Shown here in pieces: positions 8,818-16,417 of a DNA stretch of 22,539 bases. The notes below the pieces were generated by a model. That model was given only the letters and a program-made list of their open reading frames with translations, was not told where the DNA came from and searched no databases. Position 1 is the stretch's first letter; each line of letters opens with the position of its first letter. The DNA is from a virus: the UHGV virus genome UHGV-0046269; one strand, written 5' to 3'. The position numbers and the translations under genes were made by a program.

Positions 8818-9174
8818 ATGGAAATAAAACCAGAGGATGAGTTAAGCAATATCGTTTTATTTCCGGTAAAAGAGGATGACCCTCGTAATCAGGTTAATTT
8901 TCTTTATGAGCCATCGGAAAGACCATATTGTCATCACGCCTCTGTCCGGGTTGACGAAAAAGAGCGTCAGGTCCGCTGTAAAATCTGCGGTGCAGTTGTG
9001 GAGCCATTTGACTGGATGCTCTCTGTGGCGAAAAGAGAAACCAGACTGGCAGATGATGTAAGGCTCTTGCGTCAGGAGGAGCGGGAAAGGCGAAAAAATA
9101 TAGAAAAGCTAATTCAGATTGAGCGTAACGCGAAAGCGCGGATACGCAGGGCGACAAAATCCAGAACTGAATAA
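8818..9174 (+). CDS. Hypothetical protein with putative zinc ribbon (CHH...CKICG)
   Basis: Internal start MEIKPEDEL preceded by AAAGGAGAGGAG RBS; 118 aa; Cys/His cluster YCHHASVRVDEKERQVRCKICG. The track ORF begins upstream at 8761. Confidence 0.5.
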   Translation: MEIKPEDELSNIVLFPVKEDDPRNQVNFLYEPSERPYCHHASVRVDEKERQVRCKICGAVVEPFDWMLSVAKRETRLADDVRLLRQEERERRKNIEKLIQIERNAKARIRRATKSRTE

Positions 9175-9256
9175 TTAAATTTAGCTCTGTTAAAAATTTA
9201 ATCCTTAACCGGAGGGATTTCTGCACCCTCAGAATATCAGGAGGCCGCCCGAAAGG

Positions 9257-9360
9257 NNNNNNNNNNNNNNNNNNNNNNNNNNNNNNNNNNNNNNNNNNNN
9301 NNNNNNNNNNNNNNNNNNNNNNNNNNNNNNNNNNNNNNNNNNNNNNNNNNNNNNNNNNNN
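9257..9360. other. Assembly gap (104 N) splitting a GNRA-type hairpin
   Basis: Run of N. Left flank ends CCGCCCGAAAGG and right flank starts CCGAAAGGGCGG; both are parts of one 16-mer hairpin CCGCCCGAAAGGGCGG with an 8-nt overlap, consistent with a scaffold join. Confidence 0.7.
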
Positions 9361-9379
9361 CCGAAAGGGCGGTAGTTAA

Positions 9380-9562
9380 ATGCGAAAGTTTAAAATAATT
9401 ATTGAAACGGGAATAGCCGGTGGAGATTTCGAGGATGAATTCGAAGTGGATGATGATGCGACGCCTGATGAAATACATGACGAAGCAAAAGATATTTTCT
9501 TTAACTACTGCAATTACTCATATCACGAAATAAAAGACGAAGAGGAAGAACAAAATGGCTGA
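9380..9562 (+). CDS. Small acidic hypothetical protein
   Basis: 60 aa ORF, very acidic (DFEDEFEVDDDATPDEIHDE...DEEEEQNG); its stop overlaps the next ORF start. Confidence 0.4.
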   Translation: MRKFKIIIETGIAGGDFEDEFEVDDDATPDEIHDEAKDIFFNYCNYSYHEIKDEEEEQNG

Positions 9563-9731
9563 TTTTGGTTCAACTAAATACAACGTCAGTTTTGAAGAAT
9601 GGCATGAACTGTTAATGGACTATGCAGAGTTACGTGGTGGCAGTGCTGCTGATGCTGAAGCATGGCGTGATGATTATGAAGCAGAAAAAACTCCGGTCGA
9701 AGCATATTGTGATGAGTGGGGCGATGAATGA
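9555..9731 (+). CDS. Small hypothetical protein (58 aa)
   Basis: Hand translation MADFGSTKYNVSFEEWHELLMDYAELRGGSAADAEAWRDDYEAEKTPVEAYCDEWGDE; start overlaps the previous stop (ATGGCTGA) and its stop overlaps the next ORF start, suggesting a coupled small-gene array. Confidence 0.4.
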   Translation: MADFGSTKYNVSFEEWHELLMDYAELRGGSAADAEAWRDDYEAEKTPVEAYCDEWGDE

Positions 9732-10044
9732 GCGAGGTTAATTATCAGGAAGGGCATGAAACGGCGGGGCAAGCAAAAACAGTGGCATGGCGATATCGCT
9801 ACGTGAAAAAAAAGGCGTTACGGACTTTCAGGGGAAGTAGTGGTCTGGTGACTGGAAATATGTACCGAAAAAAGAGGATTGTAACGACAGGCCGAACTAT
9901 GAAATTCAGGCCTTATTCACTGCCCCGCCAGTCCCGGTTACATCAGAAGAACTGGTTAAAGCTGTGCACTTTTATGAACAACTAAAACGCGAAAATCCAC
10001 CAGCATCCGGAAACCTGATTACAGATTCCCAGATAAGGCAATGA
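9728..10044 (+). pseudogene. Gene interrupted by a frame change at poly-A tracts (frameshifted gene, sequencing error, or programmed -1 frameshift)
   Basis: Track ORF 9728..9985 turns into basic low-complexity sequence after an A8 run (9806..9813). A protein-like reading frame without any start codon runs 9841..10044 in the -1 frame (…EIQALFTAPPVPVTSEELVKAVHFYEQLKRENPPASGNLITDSQIRQ). A heptamer A_AAA_AAG sits in the zero frame at 9868..9874. Confidence 0.3.
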
Positions 10045-10214
10045 GCTACCTGGCGCAGAACGGGCTGATAAGTATGGGGAATGTTTTACGATGAATATTT
10101 AGACTAAAGAGTTTGTAACGCTATGTAAGTGATTTTTTCTGGTTTAGATATTTATATATCCGGCCAAATTGAGGTGTGTTTAAATGTAATTGCACATTGA
10201 TTGTAGGAGGAATA

Positions 10215-10394
10215 ATGAAAAACGCATTGCAGTTTTTGTTTGTTGCGTTCTGGTTGTTCGTATCATGTATGCCCATCATCTTCACAGCAAGGTATATGGA
10301 AAAAGTTGATGTTTTGATATTAATATTTGGATATATAAATGCCCTTTTTTTAGGGGTGTTCATGGCGGTCATGTGCATTGAATACTGGCGGTAA
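10215..10394 (+). CDS. Small hydrophobic membrane protein (two predicted TM segments)
   Basis: 59 aa from MKNALQFLFVAFWLFVSCMPIIF...LFLGVFMAVMCIEYWR, preceded by an AGGAGG RBS; strongly hydrophobic. Confidence 0.45.
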   Translation: MKNALQFLFVAFWLFVSCMPIIFTARYMEKVDVLILIFGYINALFLGVFMAVMCIEYWR

Positions 10395-10652
10395 ATACAG
10401 CGAACGCCATTGGTTTAGTTGGATATTTACTGTGCCGGACAAAAACGGTTTGCGGGGAAATCTTAGTTAAGTAGAATGACTGCGGGTGCTTGAGGCTATC
10501 TGTCTCAGGCATGAACACCAAAAGGCAGATAGAGAAAAGCCCCAGTTAACATTACGCGTCCTGCAAGACGCTTAACATTAATCTGAGGCCATATCTATGC
10601 GACACATAGAGATTAGCCTCTTACGGACCGAAAGGTCAAGGAGAAGCAGGCT

Positions 10653-10808
10653 ATGAAGCAGCAAAAGGCGATGTTAATCGCCCTGATCGTCATCTGTTTA
10701 ACCGTCATAGTGACGGCACTGGTAACGAGGAAAGACCTCTGCGAGGTACGAATCCGAACCGGCCAGACGGAGGTCGCTGTCTTCACAGCTTACGAACCTG
10801 AGGAGTAA
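10653..10808 (+). CDS. hokD: Hok/Gef-family type I toxin (HokD/RelF-like)
   Basis: Hand translation MKQQKAMLIALIVICLTVIVTALVTRKDLCEVRIRTGQTEVAVFTAYEPEE (51 aa) fits the Hok/Gef family. A short upstream ORF (10597..10656) ends with TGA overlapping the hok ATG (mok-like coupling). Confidence 0.85.
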   Translation: MKQQKAMLIALIVICLTVIVTALVTRKDLCEVRIRTGQTEVAVFTAYEPEE

Positions 10809-10876
10809 GAGACCTGGCGGGGGAGAAATCCCTCGCCACCTCTGATGTGTCAGGCATCCTCAATGCACCCGCACTT

Positions 10877-10901
10877 AACCCGCTTCGGCGGGTTTATTTT
10901 A
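10877..10901 (+). terminator. Intrinsic terminator / 3' hairpin of the hok transcript
   Basis: AACCCGC-TTCG-GCGGGTT hairpin followed by TATTTTAT, about 70 nt downstream of the hok stop. Confidence 0.6.
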
Positions 10902-11266
10902 TCTGTAAATATTTTTATAAAAATAATGCCCACACACAGCATAAAACAAAAAGTATCACAGATAAAAAAGGAGCGTAATGTGCAGATTTGTTGTTTTCCA
11001 TATTTACTCACTTTAACATAATCAATATTGATATGGTTGTTGTTTCGGTGGTTTCAAACGAGATGTTATGGTGATCTGGTAAAATTGCATAACATTAAAA
11101 TTTAATTTATCTAATCGCTTTTAATAATAAGCGTTGTGTTTATCCCAACAATCTGTTGTTTGACTTTTATTCCATTAATGTAGGGGCTTTACACTGGAAC
11201 CAGTTTATTTATACTTTATACGCCAGCCTGAACAACTGGCACCTGCTGCGCCAGCAGAGACAACCG

Positions 11267-11545
11267 ATGGCGCACGATACCAAATTACACAATTCTGATG
11301 ATTCTGCCGTCTTTGCCAGCAGGTGCGGACGGCGTTTTCATGCATTCAAATCGGACTGGTTCCAGCATCCACCATGCACTGAAGAGCAGGCTGAATGGAT
11401 AATTCAGTGTTACCGCAGGCGCGGATACGAGGTTAAAAAAGCCCTTAGCCTCGACTACCGTCACTGGATAATCTCAGTCAGATTGCCTTACTCCGAACGC
11501 CCACCGCGTCCGTCCCGCACATTCCAGCAACGCATCTGGAGGTAA
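11267..11545 (+). CDS. Hypothetical protein (Rem-like position upstream of ydfU)
   Basis: 92 aa from the internal Met MAHDTKLHNSDD of track ORF 11156..11545; its stop lies 2 nt before the DUF968 gene start. Family assignment is by position only. Confidence 0.4.
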   Translation: MAHDTKLHNSDDSAVFASRCGRRFHAFKSDWFQHPPCTEEQAEWIIQCYRRRGYEVKKALSLDYRHWIISVRLPYSERPPRPSRTFQQRIWR

Positions 11546-11546
11546 C

Positions 11547-12596
11547 GTGCGGGTATTACTTCGACCTGTTCTGGTACCGGAACTCGGGCTGGTGATCGTT
11601 AAGCCGGGCCGTGAATCCATGCCGGTATTCCACAATACCCGGTTACTGGTGGAGCCGGAACCGAAAAGCATGCGTAATCTGCCGTCCGGGGTCGTTCCTG
11701 CCGCTCGCCAGCCGCTGGTGGAAGACAAAACATTGCTGCCGTTTTTCAGTAACGCACGGGTGATTCGTGCTGCTGGTGGTGCTGGTGCATTGTCTGACTG
11801 GCTGTTGCGCCATATTAAATCCTGCCAGTGGCCACACGGCGATTATCATCACAGCGAAACCGTCATTCACCGTTATGGTACCGGCGCAATGGTGTTGTGC
11901 TGGCACTGCGACAACCAGCTGCGTGACCAGACATCCGAATCACTCGAGCAACTTGCTCATCAAAACCTGTCAGCATGGATGATTGACGTCATCGGTCACG
12001 CAATAAGCGGTACGCAGGAGCGTGAATTATCTCTGGCTGAATTATCCTGGTGGGCGGTCCGCAATCAGGTGGCGGACGCGCTACCGGAAGCGGTATTACG
12101 TCGTTCGCTGGGGTTGCGTGCGGAAAAAATCCGCTCAATGTACCGTGAAAGCGACATCGTACCGGGAGAGCAGACCGCCACCAGCATACTGAAACAGCGC
12201 ACAAAAAATCTTACGCCGCTGCTTCACGCCCACCAGCAACAGAACCCACCACAGGAAAAGACGGTGGTCAGCATTGCCGTTGATCCTGAGTCTCCGGAAT
12301 CTTTCATGAAACGACCTAAACGTCGCCGCTGGGTTAACGAGAAATACACACGCTGGGTGAAGACACAGCCGTGTGCGTGTTGTGGTAAGCCAGCCGACGA
12401 TCCCCATCACCTGATTGGTCATGGTCAGGGCGGAATGGGGACAAAATCTCACGATATTTTCACGCTACCGCTGTGTCGGGAGCATCACAACGAGCTTCAT
12501 GCGGATCCGCTGGCGTTCGAAGAAAAGCATGGTTCTCAGGTTGATTTAATTTTTCGTTTTCTTGATCACGCCTTTGCAACTGGCGTGCTTGGGTAA
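11547..12596 (+). CDS. ydfU: DUF968-family phage protein (YdfU-like) with C-terminal HNH-like Cys/His motif
   Basis: 349 aa, GTG start after a GGAGG RBS. C-terminus CACCGKPADDPHHLIGHGQGGMGTKSHD...CREHHNELH is characteristic of the family. Confidence 0.7.
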   Translation: MRVLLRPVLVPELGLVIVKPGRESMPVFHNTRLLVEPEPKSMRNLPSGVVPAARQPLVEDKTLLPFFSNARVIRAAGGAGALSDWLLRHIKSCQWPHGDYHHSETVIHRYGTGAMVLCWHCDNQLRDQTSESLEQLAHQNLSAWMIDVIGHAISGTQERELSLAELSWWAVRNQVADALPEAVLRRSLGLRAEKIRSMYRESDIVPGEQTATSILKQRTKNLTPLLHAHQQQNPPQEKTVVSIAVDPESPESFMKRPKRRRWVNEKYTRWVKTQPCACCGKPADDPHHLIGHGQGGMGTKSHDIFTLPLCREHHNELHADPLAFEEKHGSQVDLIFRFLDHAFATGVLG

Positions 12597-12608
12597 AAGA
12601 GGTGACTG

Positions 12609-12965
12609 ATGCTCATAGATTTGGTTTTACCTTACCCGCCGACGGTGAACACTTACTGGCGACGCCGTGGCAGCACATATTTTATCTCGGAGGAGGGAAA
12701 GCGTTATCGCCGGGCTGTGGCGCTTATTGTTCGCCAGCAGCAGCTGAAATTAAGCCTGTCCGGAAGGCTGGCGATAAAGGTGATTGCAGAGCCACCGGAT
12801 AAGCGTCGTCGCGACCTGGACAATATCCTGAAAGCACCGCTGGATGCGCTGACGCATGCGGGAGTGTTAATGGACGATGAGCAGTTTGATGAAATCAATA
12901 TCGTTCGTGGTCAGCCAGTATCTGGTGGACGTCTGGGGGTGAAGATTTACCCCATAATGCATTAA
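12609..12965 (+). CDS. rusA: Holliday junction resolvase RusA
   Basis: 118 aa; PYPPTVNTYWRRRG and DKRRRDLDN...DAL motifs correspond to the RusA family (compare DRRRRDLDN in E. coli RusA). Confidence 0.88.
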   Translation: MLIDLVLPYPPTVNTYWRRRGSTYFISEEGKRYRRAVALIVRQQQLKLSLSGRLAIKVIAEPPDKRRRDLDNILKAPLDALTHAGVLMDDEQFDEINIVRGQPVSGGRLGVKIYPIMH

Positions 12966-12979
12966 GAGCAGGTCAAAAA

Positions 12980-13801
12980 ATGAAACTGGAAGATTTACCG
13001 AAATACTACTCCCCAAAATCCCCTGGCCTGACCGATGCATCGGCCTCAACGTCAAAAGATGCGCTGAGTATCACTGATGTGATGGCCGCGCAGGGCATGA
13101 CACAGAATCGGGCTGAGATGGGTTTTTCTGCGTTCCTGGGGAAAATGGGCATCAGTATGAATGACAGGGCGCGGGCAACAGAATTACTGGCAGATTATGC
13201 ACTCAGTCGGTGCGATCGTGTGGCGGCGTTGAGAAAACTTCCGGCAGAAATAAAACCGGTAGTGATGCGCATTATGGCTTCGTACGCTTTTGAGGATTAT
13301 GCCCGCAGCGCAGCGAGTAAAAAGCAGTGCCCTTGTTGCTATGGGGAAAAATTTATTGAAAGCGTAGTTTTTACAAACAAGGTCCAGTATCCGGATGGTA
13401 AGCCGCCGGTATGGGCAAAGTGTACGAAAGGTGTGTATCCGTCTTACTGGGAAGAATGGAAAAAAGTCAGGGAGGTGGTAAAAGTTGCCTGTCCGGAGTG
13501 TGGCGGAAAGGGTGAGGTTTCCACCGCCTGTAAGGATTGCCGTGGGCGTGGTGTCGCCATTCACCGTGAAGAGTCGGTAAAACGTGGTATGCCTGTTATC
13601 AGAGACTGCCAGCGTTGTGGTGGTCGTGGCTATGAAAGACTACCATCAACGGAGGTATTTAATGCTATATGCGAGGTGACAAACCAGATAACACGCGCGT
13701 CATGGGAAAAAACAGTTAAGAAATTCTATGATGCGCTGGTGACCCGGTTTGATATTGAAGAAGCATGGGCTGAGCGGCAGTTAAAAAAGGTAACTAGGTA
13801 A
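12980..13801 (+). CDS. Late-gene antiterminator Q-like protein (QuuQ-like) with multiple CxxC zinc-finger motifs
   Basis: 273 aa; position between rusA and the tRNA/lysis region is the canonical Q slot; contains CPCC, CPECGGKG, CKDCRGRG and CQRCGGRG motifs. Confidence 0.65.
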   Translation: MKLEDLPKYYSPKSPGLTDASASTSKDALSITDVMAAQGMTQNRAEMGFSAFLGKMGISMNDRARATELLADYALSRCDRVAALRKLPAEIKPVVMRIMASYAFEDYARSAASKKQCPCCYGEKFIESVVFTNKVQYPDGKPPVWAKCTKGVYPSYWEEWKKVREVVKVACPECGGKGEVSTACKDCRGRGVAIHREESVKRGMPVIRDCQRCGGRGYERLPSTEVFNAICEVTNQITRASWEKTVKKFYDALVTRFDIEEAWAERQLKKVTR

Positions 13802-13944
13802 CAAGGTTGATTTTTCCGGAATCTGTGGTAAATTCGTCATAACGATGGGCTTTTTATGCCTGACGTTAGAAGAGTTTCTACAACCCGCCGCCGAGCGGGT
13901 TTTTTATTGCGGAATTAATTACGGACCGTTATTATTCTGCTCCC

Positions 13945-14020
13945 GGCCCTTTAGCTCAGTGGTGAGAGCGAGCGACTCATAATCGCCAGGTCGCTGGTTC
14001 AAATCCAGCAAGGGCCACCA
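13945..14020 (+). tRNA. ileZ: tRNA-Ile2 (anticodon CAU, ileX/ileZ-like)
   Basis: 76 nt cloverleaf: acceptor GGCCCTT/AAGGGCC, D-arm GCTC...GAGC, anticodon loop CTCATAA, T-arm GCTGG-TTCAAAT-CCAGC, 3' ACCA. Close to E. coli tRNA-Ile2 as I recall it. Confidence 0.88.
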
Positions 14021-14027
14021 TCACATA

Positions 14028-14104
14028 CCGCCATTAGCTCATCAGGAAAGAGCGCCAGCTTTCGAAGCTGGTTGCGCGGAGTTCGGGTCCCCGATGGTGG
14101 TCCA
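14028..14104 (+). tRNA. argN: tRNA-Arg (anticodon UCG), argN-like
   Basis: 77 nt: acceptor CCGCCAT/ATGGTGG (one G-U), D-arm GCTC...GAGC, anticodon stem CCAGC/GCTGG with loop TTTCGAA (anticodon TCG), T-arm CGGAG-TTCGGGT-CCCCG with one A-C mismatch, 3' TCCA. Confidence 0.6.
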
Positions 14105-14117
14105 TTATCGGTATTCT

Positions 14118-14194
14118 GCGTTGTTAGCTCAGCAGGACAGAGCAATTGCCTTCTAAGCAATCGGTCAGTGGTTCGAATCCAGTACAACGCGCCA
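14118..14194 (+). tRNA. argO: tRNA-Arg (anticodon UCU), argO/argU-like
   Basis: 77 nt: acceptor GCGTTGT/ACAACGC, anticodon loop CTTCTAA (TCT), T-loop GGTTCGAATCC, 3' GCCA. Confidence 0.88.
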
Positions 14195-14304
14195 TATTCA
14201 TTCTTCCAGATTCCTTCCGGCAGAGCCTTATACTGGAATATACCTGGCTCAGGATATTGTTGAAAATATTATATGTTTGTCAAAAATAAAAGTTCTGTTA
14301 AGTA

Positions 14305-14658
14305 TTGATTGAGTGTTTGTTATACGGTCTAATGGTTTTTTCAGCATTAAATATTTATCATTCATATGGTGTGGGTAGAGTGAATATTGATGAGGCGTCG
14401 GGGTGTTTCATCCTTAGGCAGCGTATTGATATAGTCAATGCAGCACGAGCAAAGGCCTTCAGCCGTTTGACAGTTTTGTTTTGTACTCCTGATCGTCTTT
14501 CGGGAAGAGACGTTATTATTCTGAATAGTGATGCTATACAGAGGGTTAGCGATGAGTTCATGGTTGCTAATTCAGAATTATTTGCTCTTGTTCAGGAGTA
14601 CAACAGAATAGCCAGGACCTGTGGTATGGATGAACTTCGGATTACTCATCTGGGGTAG
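14305..14658 (+). CDS. Hypothetical protein in AT-rich cargo island (start uncertain)
   Basis: 117 aa track ORF; a GTG start near 14379 would give about 92 aa (MNIDEASGCFILRQRIDIVNAARAKAF...). AT-rich surroundings; no family recognised. Confidence 0.35.
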   Translation: MIECLLYGLMVFSALNIYHSYGVGRVNIDEASGCFILRQRIDIVNAARAKAFSRLTVLFCTPDRLSGRDVIILNSDAIQRVSDEFMVANSELFALVQEYNRIARTCGMDELRITHLG

Positions 14659-15052
14659 ATACATATCTGGATTATCACCTGTTACGGTAAAAAGTGATTG
14701 CTTACTGTTTTTGTGAATGGCATTGCAGCAGCCGGATAATGTCAGTGCTGGCTGACGGTGTGCTGGTGGCAGGTGTGGTGGTTGTTGCTTTTCCGTTGCT
14801 GAAAAAGAAAACGCCAGACTGTTAGCCGGGTATCAGTTAGCGGGAGAAATTTTTAAATACTTCACAATTCAGGCGGTTGACTGTTGTCTGGTTTGCGGGG
14901 AGTTTGTTAAAAGAAACTGGCATGGTGAATCCCCCTGTGCGGAGGGGCAATCAGCGAGTAGGTATATGGGATAATCGCGGATTCAGGTGCTGGTACTGAA
15001 TTCACCGGGAGGCACCCGGCACCATGCAATGGCACATAGCGCCACTCTCCAA

Positions 15053-15078
15053 CCCCTCTCCGGAGGGGCTGTTTATAT
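15053..15078 (+). terminator. GC-rich hairpin followed by T-rich tract (possible intrinsic terminator)
   Basis: CCCCTC-TCCG-GAGGGG followed by CTGTTTATATTGATTTT; a related hairpin CCCCT-GTGCGG-AGGGG lies about 115 bp upstream (14934..14949). Confidence 0.35.
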
Positions 15079-15105
15079 TGATTTTGTCAGATGTGAGTAA
15101 ACTCC

Positions 15106-15441
15106 TTATGGACTTTGTTGTTTTAGTCCATAAGGACATATTTGCAGAGTGCAACGGTTATTAAAGCATTCATTCAATACGTTATCTGTATTTGTAGGGC
15201 ATTCCTGGCTGTTTTTGATTAAATTCCAGAATGTTTTATTGAATGGTACTACGTTGTAAATGGTTACAGGTAGCACTTTGTTATTGAGCATGATGCCTGT
15301 GTGAGTCAGTGTAAATATACTTTCAGGAGGTAAGAAAGCATCCGATTGATACCAGATTATTAATTTTATTTTACTCCATATGACTGAAAAAGATATTCCG
15401 CATGATGGCTGGATAACTGTATCAATCACAATCCACTTCAT
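15106..15441 (-). CDS. Hypothetical AT-rich orphan protein (moron candidate)
   Basis: 111 aa ORF on the opposite strand to the flanking phage genes, AT-rich composition with AT-rich upstream region (15442..15690); Cys-rich C-terminal part ([26 protein letters not shown]). Confidence 0.4.
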   Translation of the reverse strand: MKWIVIDTVIQPSCGISFSVIWSKIKLIIWYQSDAFLPPESIFTLTHTGIMLNNKVLPVTIYNVVPFNKTFWNLIKNSQECPTNTDNVLNECFNNRCTLQICPYGLKQQSP

Positions 15442-15701
15442 TTGGTTTCCTTGTTTATGCCTTGCTGGTGATGTCCTGAAAAGTATAAATGATATTTTTG
15501 AATGTAAACCATAGAGCAGAATTATTTTTCTGATGTTGTTTATTGTTTATTTAAATGCAGGGTGGTTTATATCTCGTCTTGTAGTTTATCCATGCATATC
15601 TGCTTGATAATCAGGTTTTTATTTAAGGTATAGTTTTGTGTTTTTTCTGTATTACATGTCAGGTATTTTAAAGAATTATTTTTCAGATAGTGGAAAGAAC
15701 C

Positions 15702-15890
15702 ATGGCATTTAAACACTATGATGTTGTCAGGGCGGCGCCGCCGTCAGATCTTGCGGAAAAGCTGACACATAAACTGAAAGAGGGCTGGCAGCCGTTTGGT
15801 AGTCCGGTGGCCATAACCCCTTATACCCTGATGCAGGCGATTGCAGCAGAAGGTGATGTGGTGGTCAGTGGTGCAACTGAGCCGGAGTGA
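15702..15890 (+). CDS. Small phage protein preceding the lysis genes (DUF1737-like)
   Basis: 62 aa from MAFKHYDVVRAAPPSDLAEKLTHKLKEGWQPFGSPV; small genes of this type commonly precede holin genes in lambdoid prophages. Family call is from memory. Confidence 0.5.
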   Translation: MAFKHYDVVRAAPPSDLAEKLTHKLKEGWQPFGSPVAITPYTLMQAIAAEGDVVVSGATEPE

Positions 15891-16197
15891 TACTACGTCA
15901 TCGTACTGGCCCGGCATTCCAGGCCATAAAAGACAGTCTGGCAGTGGGACTAAATGCACTGACGCTGACGGATATTACCAAAAATGCAACGTATGGCGTT
16001 GAGATAGAAAGTCTGGCGCTGGAGATAAATGCACCGGCATCATCATAAAAAGTGAGCCAGTCAAATGGAAGGTATCGTTAAACTCACCGGTAGTGTCAGT
16101 GGGTCGTCTGAGACGCTTGCATGAGTTATCAGAGCCATCAGTAGTTAACTGGTGGCTTTTTTATTGTTGTCAGCTTCCGGATAACGGGAGACGGGGT

Positions 16198-16413
16198 ATG
16201 GACCAGATGGAAAAAATCACAACAGGTGTGTCATACACCACGTCAGCGGTGGGAACGGGCTACTGGTTCCTGCAGTTGCTGGACAGGGTTTCCCCGTCTC
16301 AGTGGGCGGCAATAGGCGTGCTGGGAAGTCTGCTGTTTGGGCTGCTGACATATCTGACTAACCTGTATTTCAAAATCAGAGAGGACCGTCGTAAGGCGGC
16401 ACGGGGAGAGTAA
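16198..16413 (+). CDS. S: Phage 21-type pinholin S (dual-start motif Met1/Met4)
   Basis: 71 aa from the internal Met: [71 protein letters not shown], close to phage 21 S as I recall it; two TM segments and a charged C-terminus. The track ORF begins upstream at 16093. Confidence 0.85.
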   Translation: MDQMEKITTGVSYTTSAVGTGYWFLQLLDRVSPSQWAAIGVLGSLLFGLLTYLTNLYFKIREDRRKAARGE

Positions 16414-16417
16414 TTCA

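Noticed and set aside
8894-9478. 194-aa minus-strand ORF translated through the N-run
   Set aside because: Its continuity depends on 104 undetermined bases; the flanks indicate the gap is a join artefact, and the ORF is antisense to well-supported genes.
10121-10378. 85-aa minus-strand ORF opposite the small membrane protein gene
   Set aside because: AT-rich chance ORF antisense to a gene with a strong RBS; translation is low-complexity (Asn/Lys/Ile-rich).
11474-12452. ORFs antisense to or nested in the DUF968 gene (11474..11728, 11643..11906, 11767..11982, 11989..12204, 12135..12452)
   Set aside because: Embedded in a long, motif-bearing plus-strand ORF; no independent support.
15887-16048. 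Possible 53-aa GTG-initiated ORF between the DUF1737-like gene and the holin
   Set aside because: Protein-like translation but no clear RBS and an unusual start; cannot be supported without comparative data.
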